DNA of 64,000 bases from Octopus sinensis (Eukaryota), in NCBI RefSeq assembly GCF_006345805.1, contig NW_021832231.1:496001-560000 (forward strand), written 5' to 3'. Positions 38,841-50,888 of this stretch are shown here, piece by piece (the stretch's first letter is position 1; each line of letters opens with the position of its first letter). The notes below the pieces were generated by a model. The model was given only the letters and a program-made list of their open reading frames with translations, made no database searches and was not told the DNA's origin. The position numbers and the translations under genes were made by a program.

Positions 38841-39050
38841 ACCCTAAACCCAACCATTCCCTAACCTTCACCCTAACCCTAACCTTCACCCAAACCCTAA
38901 CCTTCACCCAAACCCTAACCTTCACCCAAACCCTAACCTTCACCCAAACCCTAACCTTCACCCAAACCCTAACCTTCACCCAAACCTAACCTTCACCTAA
39001 CCCTAACCTTACCCATAACCTAACCCTAACCTATACCCTAACCATAACCA
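38841..39050. repeat. Interstitial telomere-like array
   Basis: Six perfect 18-bp units CCCTAA-CCTTCA-CCCAAA (38877-38984) flanked by degenerate CCCTAA/CCTAA/CCATAA units. Confidence 0.92.
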
Positions 39051-40775
39051 TGAGATAAAACAGCATGCTTAATTTATTGTTTTTTTTATGATAATGGTTA
39101 AGCATTGAAAAAATAAAAATCCATAATATTATTAATTTTTAAATTAATAAGTAAATATATTTCAATCATTTAAATATTTTAAATTGAAATTTTAAAAATT
39201 TAGAGCAATGGTAACGAGCGGGGCATGGTAACGAACAGGGCATGTGACATAATAGAATGATCAATATTCTACAAATATTGGATTGATTCATTAATCAAGA
39301 ATTTACGGAATTCAATGAAATGGAAGACTACCTTAATATTAATTAAGTTTAGAAAAGTTGACGTTAAAGTGTTTGCAAATGTCACGTTTCGAACAAACGA
39401 CTTTCCCTGAAAAAAATAGTCATTCCATTTCGGCGTTTCCCGTCTCTGCGATCAAACACAACACGTTCGAGGATTGAAGGAAATTTGATTAATGCTTTCT
39501 TTAAGATAACATTAAATGACAAATTTTAGGAAAAACCTTTCAGAACTGTGCTGGGACAATAAAAAAGAGACCATTTCTGTCGCAGTTCTGTCACAACTAC
39601 TATGCCAATATGTCGACGAAAAACAATCACCTAGACACCGGAATGTTATTCGCACGGCGCATGAATGATCAACCTCCGCTTGAAGATAGCACGATTTTTA
39701 AATATATGATGCAGTCATGAGACCAAAGAAGCTCTTTAATTTTCAGCCAACTACAAATCGATTTACCCAGCCTTTTCTGAGCACGGGAAAAAAACCGAGT
39801 TGTCAAGGTTAGAGGAAACTGCCATAAGAGACAAAAAGGAGATCGACACTATCAGTTCTTTTCTCCAAGCAAAGAGACCATTTCTGTCGCAGTTCTGTCA
39901 CAACTACAACTATCATGCCAATATCCAGTAAATAAAAAACAAGACCAAGAGTCGGCAGGATTTTTGTCTTTGCAGGCCAAACTTTTATTTTTGTATGCGA
40001 TCCGGGCCAAACGAGAAAAAATCCTTATCGGTCGTAAAAATAACGATATAAGAGAATTCTCTTGGCTGAGACAGAGGATCTCGTTTCGTTTGCAATCGTC
40101 AACGGTAACGCAAAAAACTATCTGTTTTGCTTGGAATAAACCGTTCCAGGGCAACGCTTGCAGATTTATTAGTTAAAAATGATTACAAAAAAGTGAATTT
40201 ATTTTAGTCATTAATCTGACAGTTGCTAAACGCAATATTTCGTTAAGATGTCAATCGGTCATCCTCGTTCTCAGACAATTTTTTATATTATTCATTTTTG
40301 AGAATAACTGTTCACATAAAAATATGCTTCCAAATATACAAGCCATTTTCTTAACATTGTCGGTTAATTGTGGATATTTTTAGACACATACAAAATTTTT
40401 GTAGAAGCTCAAAATATCTAATTCCGAAAAATATTTTGATTTAAGTGTAGTGTCACATTGAATTTCAAGTAATTCCATTTGATAACAACCTGGTACTGTC
40501 TTAATTTTAACATCAAATGGGATTGAAAAAATGTTGAAAAGATTTTTATAAACTTACAAAATTATGTATAAGCATTTACTCTAAATCCATAAAACTTGAT
40601 GAAAAATCTGATCTAAATTCTATAAATATGTTTGCATATTCCGGAACATAAGTCGGATTTGTAGGAAAGAATCCCAAAATGCGTCATATTTAAAATAAAA
40701 AATATTATTTTTAAATTTACTCAAAACATAAATATTTAAATTCCTGAATCAAATTGCTATAACATCATTAAGAGG

Positions 40776-43185
40776 ATGTGTGGTTATGAACTATTTATTA
40801 ATATATTAGGAATAATTGCTTATATAACCGATAACCCATGCTCATTAAGCCATATTGTCTCCATCATAATCAAGGGCCTCAAACAAATGGAATATCGAGG
40901 ATACGATTCGGCAGGTCCCCTCCCTTATTCCATCCTAAGGCCTTTGCTTTAATTACATAAAAAACGGAAAAAAACAGCTAAAAGTCATCAAATCCGTAGG
41001 AGATATTTCAAATTTAAGTTTAACGTAAATCAATTATCAAATCCACTTAAAAACAGATTTAAAAGCTGGTTCGACATGGATCAAGTGGACCAACTGGATG
41101 AGAATGACTACACTGCCTTGGGACATACCCGCTGGGCCACTCACGGCGTCCCCTGTGAGAAGAACAGTCATCCAATTCTCTCTGACTCGGCAGGAGGTGA
41201 TTGTAAAGAATTATTGATAGAATTTAGAGTGGTACATAATGGAATTATATCCAATTATATTCAATTAAAAAACAATATGGTATTTAATTTATAAATCAAT
41301 AAAATTATAATAACATCTTTGTTGTAGATAGCTCTTGGTTACACGTTTTCAACGGATACTGACACTGAAGTTGTGGCTGTCCTCCTAAAATATATTTATG
41401 ACCAAAATCAGACACAAAAATTGTCTTTTGTTGATATTTGTCATCAACTTTTAGAAAAAATAGTAATTCGTGCAATATTCATGTTTAAAGGAAGGTTCGT
41501 TTGCCCTGGCTATAACCAGTGTTCATTTTCCGGGGGAATGTGTAGGAATAAGACACAAAAGTCCCCTCATTGTCGGAATTAAGTCAAATCAGAACATTTT
41601 TGGCACAAAAATTCAAAGTATTTTAATTTCGCATATTTCTAAGCATTTTCAGCCGATTTCACAATTTTTCCCGATGCAGAATTCTTTTTAACTTCTGATC
41701 CTTGGTTGGTAGATATTTTGGACAATTTTAGCGGAATTGTGGCAGAAACTCGCAAAATTATAAATTTGGCAGAAGAAGACATTGTCCACATAAATTCCAA
41801 GAAGAGAGGACTCAGAATCCTCAATTTCAAAGATCAGAATTGTCGGGAAATAACTGAGTGTCAATTGGACATTGAGAATCTACAAAAAGGCGAATTCCGA
41901 TATTTGATGGAGAAGGAAATATACGAGCAGGGGATTCGACTGAGTGATACTCTGCGGGGGAGAGTTGACTGGACTTCATTCACCGCCATTCTACCGTCGT
42001 TGGATGAGTTGTTGGTTGATGGATGTCGTCGAATTATCATGCTGGGGTGTGGGACGTCTTATTACAGTGCTTGTTCAGTTAGAGCCCAGTGGAGTGTTTG
42101 TAGGTTAAGGCACTTGTTGAGGAACTTACGGGATTGAGTGTGTTGGTTGAGACTGCCTCGGCCTTCCTCGATCTTCCCACTCTGTTTGATCCCAAATTGG
42201 ATATTTTTGTGTTTATAAGTCAGTCAGGTGTGTTTTGAATGGTGACGAGCAGGGGAAACTGCTGATTTGCTGTCTGCGTTGGCTTTGTGTCGTGAGATGT
42301 GTCGGAATGGTGTAAAGCCTGTGTTTGTGTGTGTGACTAACAGTATTGGGAGTACTCTGGCCAGGGAGTGTTCTGTTTTGCTCGACATTCGGGCGGGAGT
42401 TGAATTGGGAGTTGCCAGTACTAAGGTCTACACTTGTCAGTCAGTCCTGCTTATTCTAATGGCTTTAAAACTGTCGGAAATGCTAAATGGGCGTGATTAT
42501 TGCTATGAAAGGAGGAGAGAAATTGTCGAGGGACTTGCCCACCTGCCTGGTCGATGTGTTTATTCTAATAAGACAGACCACGTTGATAAGGTGGTCTCCT
42601 CCCATTCCAATATCCTCAAAGCTGCGGAAGTGTACAAGTCGGCCACCAATTTGATATTGGTTGGTCGTGGATACAGTCTTCCTGCCTGCTACGAGGCCTC
42701 TCTGGTGGGGCTTGTTTGTTATTGTAGAAAATTAAGGAGTTGGCTTATATCCACTGTTCGGCTGTCAGTGCGGGGGAGTTGAAGCATGGCCCACTTGCAT
42801 TGGTGGACGAGCACACGCCGATTGTCGTGTTCATATTCAATGACTCTATTTATGATGTTTTATTCAATCTTGCTGATATCTTAGAAATCTTGCAACGCAT
42901 TGCATCAGATCATTGCCAGGAAGGTCTCATTTATTGAATGAATGGCAGGGTCGGCCGACTGTGGTGAGTTGTGGACGAGTTGAGTCTGCCCTTGTCCCCT
43001 CTTTCTTATTTCATATTGATATTCCTCCCACTGTCGACTGCCTTCAGTTCATTCCGGCGGTGGTGGCTATGCAGATATTTGCAATGGAATGTGCCCACAT
43101 TCGATCTCTGAATGTGATTAACTGTTCTATTTATTTGCAGGTGGACAGACCTAGGAATCTGGCCAAATCTGTCACGGTCGAGTGA
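40776..43185 (+). CDS. GFPT1: Glutamine--fructose-6-phosphate aminotransferase (GFAT)
   Basis: MCG|[78 protein letters not shown]. About 15 introns of 23-48 nt. Confidence 0.97.
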
Positions 43186-43230
43186 TGGCTTATATTAATT
43201 TATAAAGGACATTTCATTAAGAATGACTCA

Positions 43231-45131
43231 TTACGAATTATAAATATAGGCGAGTGTACTGTTGTCTAGCAATAAATAAAAATGATAACCAATCATCCAC
43301 CGCACTTGAGTTGGCTTACCAACACAGTCTTCTCCGCGGGCAGAAATACGGAAAAGGAGTGATGGTCGATTTGTATGATCGACAAATGCCCTATTCAACA
43401 CCGACAATGGAAGTTGGCAGTGAGGAAGTGACCCTCGATACAACACTTTGAACACTCGGTCTCCCAAATGAGCCTCACTCTCCTCGTCATTGACAAATGC
43501 GAGTGAGCACACATATCCTTCCACAACCCCACCAATTGGACAATCCCACGAAAGTGACACAGCCCCTGGAGACTTGAAATAACACTAAAATCAGTACTTT
43601 AGTTATTTTGACTGATCGAGGGGGACCAGGGTTGAGTGTGGTCTCCACGGTTAGGAGTGGACTCGCCTTTCCGGTCCCCAAACAGTTGACCGCCTCTACT
43701 TTGACCTGATAAACTGTGTTTGGACAAATCTTCATTTGACTAGAATGTCGAATAGAAGCACGATTACTGGCAACCGTAAACTAAATAGTCATAGAAACCA
43801 ATAAACCTGTTGATTGTCGACCGTAACAAAATAGTTAACTGCATTGAATACAGCAGACCATGACAAGTTAAAATGAGTTGACCCAACTGAATCAACACAA
43901 ACATTATCGACTTGAAATGGAGGACACAACTCCAGTCTCCACAAGTCATTATGACAGACTTGCTAGTAGAATAAGAGTGAATATTACCGTATCATTCACT
44001 CGTCGATTACCCCACCTTCCTCCAAACAAATACATCCGCCCTGTCAGCTCACTATAAGAACACGAATGGCCACTCCTCTCCGGCGGACGGCCAGGAAAGT
44101 CACTCCACATAAAAGTCGAAAGATCAAACGCCAAAACAGAGCAAGAACACTCAGTCTCAGTCCAGCCCCCCAAAACTATCATTTTTGAGTTATAAACGCA
44201 GGCCGAGTGGAGACTTCTCCCCACTGGACCACTCCCCGACACCAGAATGTGATTCCACAATTCCAAATCTTTAATTTAATATACATTCGAGATACGAGTG
44301 TTAAACTCCCACACGTCCTTTTCTCTTGTTCCTTGGAAACTTCCGCCATACATATATAAACGGTTGTTGTGGGCCACTACTGTGTGGGACTCCCTTGGAG
44401 ATGGCCAGCCTCCTCTTTCCATTATTCTTCTCCATCTGATTATTTCACATTTAAAATCCCCGACAAACATATCATTTAAATATCTAAATTATATATATTA
44501 TTTAAAAAATATTAATATTCTAATACATTTTAAATTGCTAAAGTTTGCTGTGGGTTTAATTACGCAGTCATTAAAAATAGCTTATTTAAATATTAATAGT
44601 AAAAAAATTACTCGACTTTATTGTCTCCCATCAAATAAGCCCCTCCAAAAAGATAGCACAATCCCCCACATTCAGTAAAAGTGTGCCCTACCTATAAATC
44701 ACCACTCCTACCCATTCTGGGAAGTGGTCTGTCCCCCATTTCATTAGAACACGCTCTCTTTTGCCAAATCCACCCATCCAAGTGGAGTGAGTATATTTCA
44801 TCACACATATTACAGAGGTCCCCCATTCCTCCCACAATGTGAATTGAACTGTCCAGCAGGGCACAGCCAAAAGAGGCCCTTCCTTCAGGAATGTCCCCAC
44901 TCTGCGGAGGACGACTCCATAAACCAGTTTCTGTGATATTTATTGGTAGTTAATACTTAGGTTGTATACGTGGAGCATAGTCTGTATTCCCTCACACCCT
45001 CCCCCAATAATAATCAGATATGAGCCATAGGTGATTGATCTGTGGCCATGGCGAGGATTTGGTTTGTTTGCAAGGGATTCTTCGTTTGTGCTTTCTTCCT
45101 CATATTCCCATATATTACTATCGGAGATCAT
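43231..45131 (-). CDS. HCFC1: Host cell factor (kelch propeller plus FN3), miniature form
   Basis: PRHGHR...GGGCEGI..LHVYN, PSPRESH, GRSLHS, PPERSGH, FN3 modules, C-terminal PSLLFRISAR..GKPTQVRW. Confidence 0.88.
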
Positions 45132-45367
45132 CTCCACCTGATCAAGTAGGTTACTAAACAATATATTTGATTAATTAAATAATAATTTATAAATAAACTA
45201 ATTATAATATATGGATATATTTTTAAAAATTAATAAGAATTTCCAAAGTGAATTTAATTATAGTAGTGTTTCTGATTTTCCATTATAGATTTTTTACAAA
45301 TTTTATTTTCAATCGGAAAGGTTATTTTAACTAAAACTAAAAATTTGGTTCATTGTGCTTACAATTA

Positions 45368-46763
45368 CACTCCATGTAATAAAAACCGGATTTTCGAATG
45401 CTTAATTTTTTTGATATTCTGTTTTTAATTTTCGACTTTTTTTTAATTTATAATGATAATCTTCGTAACTTTTCTTTTTAGAATTTTTCAATAATCTTTT
45501 TGCACAGCTACACTGACTATATTAGATTTTTTCTGTGTAAAAAAACCGGATTAGAAAAAAGTCAAATGATTAATTATTAATGTGTCCTCCGTGTGCCTTA
45601 TAAAGCTCAATGCTTCTTCTTGGCATGCTTTCAGTTAATTTTCTCACAAATTCCATTGGTATTTCGTCCCAAATTTTTATGATATTTTCGCATAAATCCT
45701 TTTTACTATGCAGCTTTTTTTTAGTCAATTCTTCCTTTATGTAGCTCCACACATGTTTAATTGGGTTCAAATCTGGTGATTGTGGTGCCCAATTTAATAA
45801 TTCAATTTTTTTCTCATCCAAAAATTGTTTTGTTCTCCGTGAATTATGACAGGGGGCCAAATCTTGTTGGAAAATAAAACGATTTAGCCCCATTTTATCT
45901 GCCGATTTCCACAAATTATTTATTAAAATGTTGATATATACAGCAGAATTTATTTTTTCATTTACTATAACCAAATTCCCCTTTCCATGATAGGAGATAC
46001 AACCCCATACCAAAATTTTTCCACCACCAAACTTCAAAGTTGGCGTTAAATGGGCATAATTTAAGGCTGTATTTTTTTTCTAAAGCAAAACTTTCTTTTT
46101 TTAGATGAAAAAATTTCAAAGGAAGCCTCGTCACTCTATATAACAGTTCTCCACGTTTCATTGCTTATTGCAGAAAAGATTATTGAAAGCTCGTATCGTT
46201 TTTCACTATTTTTTTGATAAAAAAGGTTTTCTTTTACACACATGCTTTGTAATGATTTTCATGTAGATAATTGCTTATTGTTTTTTTGCAGACAACTTTT
46301 CCTGTAAAATCGAAGACTTCTTCTTTCAGGTTGGCCAGTGTTTTTTTGGATTTTCTTTCACAATGTTGACAAGTTTACAAATATCTGAGTTAGAGAACTT
46401 TTTGGGTCTTCCAGAACCAGGTATACGATCAACAGTCTTTTTTTTATTTGACTTATTCAGAAAATCATTGAGAGTCGAAGTTGGAATATTCAGCTCCTCA
46501 ACAATCTTCTTTTGTGTCCAATTTAATTGAATGAGAGCTAGAATCTTTCCTTTAGTGATTTTATCAAGCATTTTTTTCAAATACCTAAAAATTGGCTTAG
46601 CAACAGACTAATCAAAAAAAATCCGGTTTTTTAATACACGTAAAAATAGTAAAAAGATACAACAAACGATTGCTGAAAAGTAATTTAAAAATTGATATAC
46701 ATTTAAAAAAATACTAGTAAAAACATGCAAACTTGAAAATCCGGTTTTTTATTACATGGAGTG
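45368..46763 (-). mobile_element. Full-length Tc1-like transposon, frameshifted transposase
   Basis: TA target duplication, TIR CACTCCATGTAATAAAAACCGGATTTTC, inner repeats of AAAAAACCGGAT (IR/DR type); GSGRP, KFGGG..VWGC, FQQD.AP.H, WAPQSPDLNPI. Confidence 0.95.
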
Positions 46764-46765
46764 TA

Positions 46766-46855
46766 TGTCTGTTGCCACTCGGCAGAGGATCTCGCAATCG
46801 TGCGCGGGAACGCGCAAGCAATCCGTTCGGCTGGGCTATAACCCCTGAGTAAATC
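46766..46855 (+). mobile_element. CRE-like extreme 3' fragment
   Basis: LAIVRGNAQAIRSAGL-stop. Confidence 0.65.
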
Positions 46856-47261
46856 TTTAATTTTAGTCCGATTTTTGATTAAAAAAATTCAAATTATGTC
46901 TGTTTGAATGACTGTGTTCAATCTAATTTTTTTCAGCTTGGTAGCAAAAAGTTTTAGTTTCTTCTTGTTATTGAGGCGTAAAACACTGTGGGCGATAGTT
47001 TTATTTATATATTTTTCGATTTATAACACAAAAGATATACGAATGAAGAAAAAATTTACTTATTTAATTTTTATTTCAAAGAGACTATAACCAATTAACC
47101 AAGACTTAATTCAAAGAAAGAATACTATATGAGAATAACGATTTTCATTAATATTAAGTGATTTTTAAAAATCATTAATGATAAAAAACATAATTGTCCA
47201 CCATATGATGTTGCTTAATTAAAAATATTAGTATAAATAGTAGCAAAAAATAATAAGTAAA

Positions 47262-47812
47262 ATGTTGTATTTTTTAATTCTGTCATTTTTTGTTGCAAAT
47301 TCACCAATATCTGAAAGTAATTAATCACATTTTACTTCAGACTGTTTTGGAGGAAAATGTTATTTTCTTGTGCAAGATAAAATGAATAGAGAAAATGCAC
47401 AAAAATATTGTAAAAAACATAAAGGGTCGCTTGCCAATATACGCTGCCAAAAAATTAGTGATTATATTTCTAGTAAACGCATAAATAAAAATAAAATGCA
47501 GAAACTTTTTTAAATGATACAAAAACACATTTCTATGTTGGAATAAATGATATCAAGGAAGAGGGCAAGTATGTAGATTCATGTGGAAAAAACCAAGTAA
47601 GATTATTTTTATATTCAGAAATTCTTCAATTGGGCTAAATATGAGCCCAATAATCTTGGAAATGAAGACTGCGTTCAAATTTATCATACCACCGGACTTT
47701 GGAATGATATATCGTGCTCAGTGAAATTAACATTTTTGTGTGAAATTTTAGGTTTTCTATTCATATTTATGTTATAGACAAATCAGAAAAAAATCAGCGA
47801 TGTTTAAAATAG
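47262..47812 (+). CDS. Secreted single-domain C-type lectin (EPN/WND, mannose-type)
   Basis: Signal-like MLYFLILSFFVA, CFGGKCYF, AQKYC..HKGSLA, FYVGIND...EG, NWAKYEPNN..NEDC...GLWNDISC...FLCE. Four introns of 22-29 nt; not in the ORF track because of splicing. Confidence 0.9.
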
Positions 47813-48544
47813 GTCAAACATAATAAATAATTCTAAAAATACTAACTTTTTGTTTTGGTCAATACTAACTTTCTACACTACTTTCTTTCAGGTCTATTTC
47901 AAAATCGAAAACAGTTATAGCAAATATGTACATTTCTATAAATATAATAATTTTTTACAAAGATTTTTTTATATAATCCATCATCATTCTTTTTTTGCTT
48001 TTCTGATTCCATAGATTTGACTTAGTTGGAGCACTGTAGTAACTTGACTTTAAAAGTAATTACTTTTGAGAATTAACCACACTGAATAAGATAATTGTCA
48101 ACAGCTTTTTCGTTTTTTCGAAACGTTTGTATAGGGACCTTATGGGTAGGGAATACAGTGTCCTATTCTCCCAGAAACCATAAAACCCTTCACTTCGAGA
48201 CTCATTTTTTCTTTTATATAATTTTGTAAAAAAAGAAATCGGCAATCTGAAACATTTGTAAAGCATAAAATGAAGTAATTTATTATTAATTTTATTCAGC
48301 CAAAATTTTCTTTAAATGTTGAGAAAAATTCAAAATTTCATTTATAAACTTATTTTTTAACCATAAATACGACTGGTTTTTAAACCGTTTTAAACTTTTA
48401 AGAGTTAGTGTCAATAAATACGTTTAAGTTCATGATTGTTAAACACAGAGATGACATTAAGATTGATAACCATAACAAACAATTTTTTGTGACAATTTTT
48501 TAATTAAAAAACAATTCATGAGAAAAAAGAAAATAACTAAAGTA

Positions 48545-48650
48545 CCGCAGACTTAAGTGTTAGTTTGACGACGACGCGCTGCGAATCGAGAGGCAGTTCG
48601 CCGAAGAATTGAGACTGAGACGCGCTGGAAGAGCCAGCTTACTGACGTGT
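48545..48650 (-). mobile_element. CRE-like extreme 3' fragment (same subfamily as 36581-38754)
   Basis: SWLFQRVSVSIL..NCLSIRSASSSN-stop, closely matching 38578-38658. Confidence 0.8.
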
Positions 48651-49199
48651 CTAGGACGAAAAAACTAAAACAAATAAAAAATTATTTACAAAGATCATCT
48701 ACTTACAAATATTCGTATAATATTAACCTGACATCATACAAAATCAGTTACCTATTGGCTTAAAATATGAAACCTTATTCTGTTGGCAAATTATATAAAA
48801 AGACAATTGAAATATTTGCGTCAGAATGTTGTTTGACCCCCGTTTTCAATATTTCACAAAAGTTACTAGAAGAGTTAGTTCTATATCAGATAATCTGATT
48901 AAAGAACTTTAACAGTATACAAATTGTTTTTAAATTTTTAGAATTTGCTTTGAATCACTGAAAATTTAAAACACTTTTAACTGAAACGGATTCGGATAAT
49001 GTTGATGTCCTTCTTTTTTTCAGAAGTGAGATGATAAGCCGTAACTCATGTCTCAGAAGGTAAATTTCTTCTATATTTATATATAGATTTTATTAACTTC
49101 TTCCTGAAATTATTTTATTCACTAAAAATAAAGTAGACAATACACTATTAAATGACAAAGGATGAGTAGCAGATTTATTAGTATTTAATTCAAACTAAC

Positions 49200-49560
49200 C
49201 TAGCTCTAAAGAGGGCTTAAATTCAATAAGTTATTTGCGACTCCACTAATTATGAAAATTCCGAAGGTTTCCGAAATTTACCAACTGGAATTAACTGATT
49301 TACAAACTGATATTGAACTGAAAAGTGTGTTCAGCAGCATTTCAATTCGAGACTTACAGAGGGCCGATTTCCGGATCTAATCAATAATGCTAAAATCAAT
49401 TTAGCGATGTTTTGATCAACATATCTCTGCGAATCGACATTTAATAAACTTGTTCGAATTAAAGTTTCGCAACAAATTGACTGATTGTCATCTAAGTGAT
49501 TTGTTGCGTACTTCAACTAGTAAAATTAAACCTAATTTTGATTTTTTAAGTAATAACTAA
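49200..49560 (+). mobile_element. hAT transposase C-terminal remnant
   Basis: QLELTDLQTD.ELK, FPDL..NA..LAMF*STYLCESTF. Confidence 0.7.
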
Positions 49561-49589
49561 TTTTTAAAAAATATTGGTTTTTCACATCG

Positions 49590-50115
49590 GCAACGATGCG
49601 ATTGGCATATATCAAGTCCAAGTCGAATACACACTCCGATGTGAACAGCCTCGTCCTTCAAAAGTAGACCGTTGTGTTTCCTTCACGAAGAAACAGGAGA
49701 GCTTTTAGTCAATCCCCCCGAGTGGGGCTGGCAGGCGCAGTTCAAGGAAGCTAGCTGCATCTGATTGGCTTGCAAGCGAAGACTTTCCATCAGAACACCT
49801 GATGACATCCCAACTCTTCTGCATGAAAGGATTCGCTGGAAGGTCAGGTCCGAGCAATCTCCAGACGTGAACTGTAACAGGGTATTCCGTAGGCTCGTCG
49901 AGTTCGGATGAGTTTATAAGAATTGAGCAAAAAAAATTTCCAGAAGCGGACAAAGAGGAGAGATAGCAAGGCAAGATCTGCACAAGAACGAATCACAATA
50001 CCCCCAAAGCAAGTGGGAGTGCAGCACGAGAACGTTCCATCTTAGTAAACAAAGTGTTCAGAAGGAATTGTAACGACAAAGCAACAGCGTCATCCAAAGC
50101 CAGAAGTTCTTGGTG
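49590..50115 (-). mobile_element. CRE-like internal fragment
   Basis: Colinear with 37600-38110 (LDDAV..SLQ.LLN, LPCYLSS.SASGNF, QKSWDVIRC). Confidence 0.88.
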
Positions 50116-50299
50116 TAAACGATAACGCAAAAATTTTAATTTAGACATTTTTAAGAATAAATGTTTTTTTCGTGTAAGAATAACTAGATAGAGAAGATAC
50201 TCAAAGTTTTTGAAAAATATTAAAGGTCGCTTGTCGAATACGCGGTAAAAAAGAAAATAATTATATTTATCAAAATTAAATGGAAAACGGAATAAGCTA

Positions 50300-50490
50300 G
50301 TTATTAAATACCGGCTCGTAGGATTGAGAGATAATTCCCGCGTAAAACAGCCAGCGAGATCCTCTGAATAAGGAATATAAATTATCTGGGATATCTGGAG
50401 CGATGGGTGCACAGACGGCCAAGTTTCTTTAGATGAGCAAGTGTCTTGGCTCCGAAAACACAGGAAGTCTCAACGACAATTGCCCAAAAC
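50300..50490 (-). mobile_element. CRE-like 3' fragment (another subfamily)
   Basis: AIVVETSCVFG..TLAHLKKLGR...QRISLAVLRGNYLSI. Confidence 0.8.
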
Positions 50491-50888
50491 TTCGTTTATT
50501 ATATTTATGATAGCACATAACTGACAATTAAATTTAGAAACTTGTACATAAAATGTAAACTCAGATCTTCTTTTGGTTTAAATTATATCCAAAAAGAAAA
50601 TAATTTTGTTGTATATGGGAATGAACAAGTAATATTACTTGTATAGTCTGAAATTTTAAATTCTCGATTGGGATAATAATAAAACCAATAATCACAATGT
50701 TAAAACTGCGTTAAAAAATATTAGTCAAAATAATTAAAAATTAACAGCGTCATTAAATATTATTCCACATAAACTACTAGGGTTACATAAATCATTGGTT
50801 AAATTTTTTGACTTTAGACAATTTGATGAATAAAGCACTTTTTATGATGAAATACAAAATTTGTAATTTTTTTTGTAATTTGTAATTA

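Larger units (their letters stand above)
33026..39249. mobile_element. TGTCA...TGACA-terminated TIR element (Ginger-like ends) enclosing nested retroelements
   Basis: 40-bp imperfect TIRs (31/40 identical, first 11 perfect) and a 5-bp direct repeat TAATA on both sides (33021-33025, 39250-39254). Confidence 0.65.

Noticed and set aside
38841-39050. CRISPR array or true chromosome end
   Set aside because: Tandem repeats without spacers, eukaryotic context, and sequence continues on both sides.
39540-40150. ~50-bp direct duplication (39563, 39871) and weak ORFs
   Set aside because: Possibly a decayed LINE endonuclease, but too degenerate to call.
29417-45131. Carbohydrate/O-GlcNAc gene cluster (PYG, GFAT, HCF)
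   Set aside because: PYG is separated by 8 kb of transposons and no shared regulation is visible; likely coincidence.
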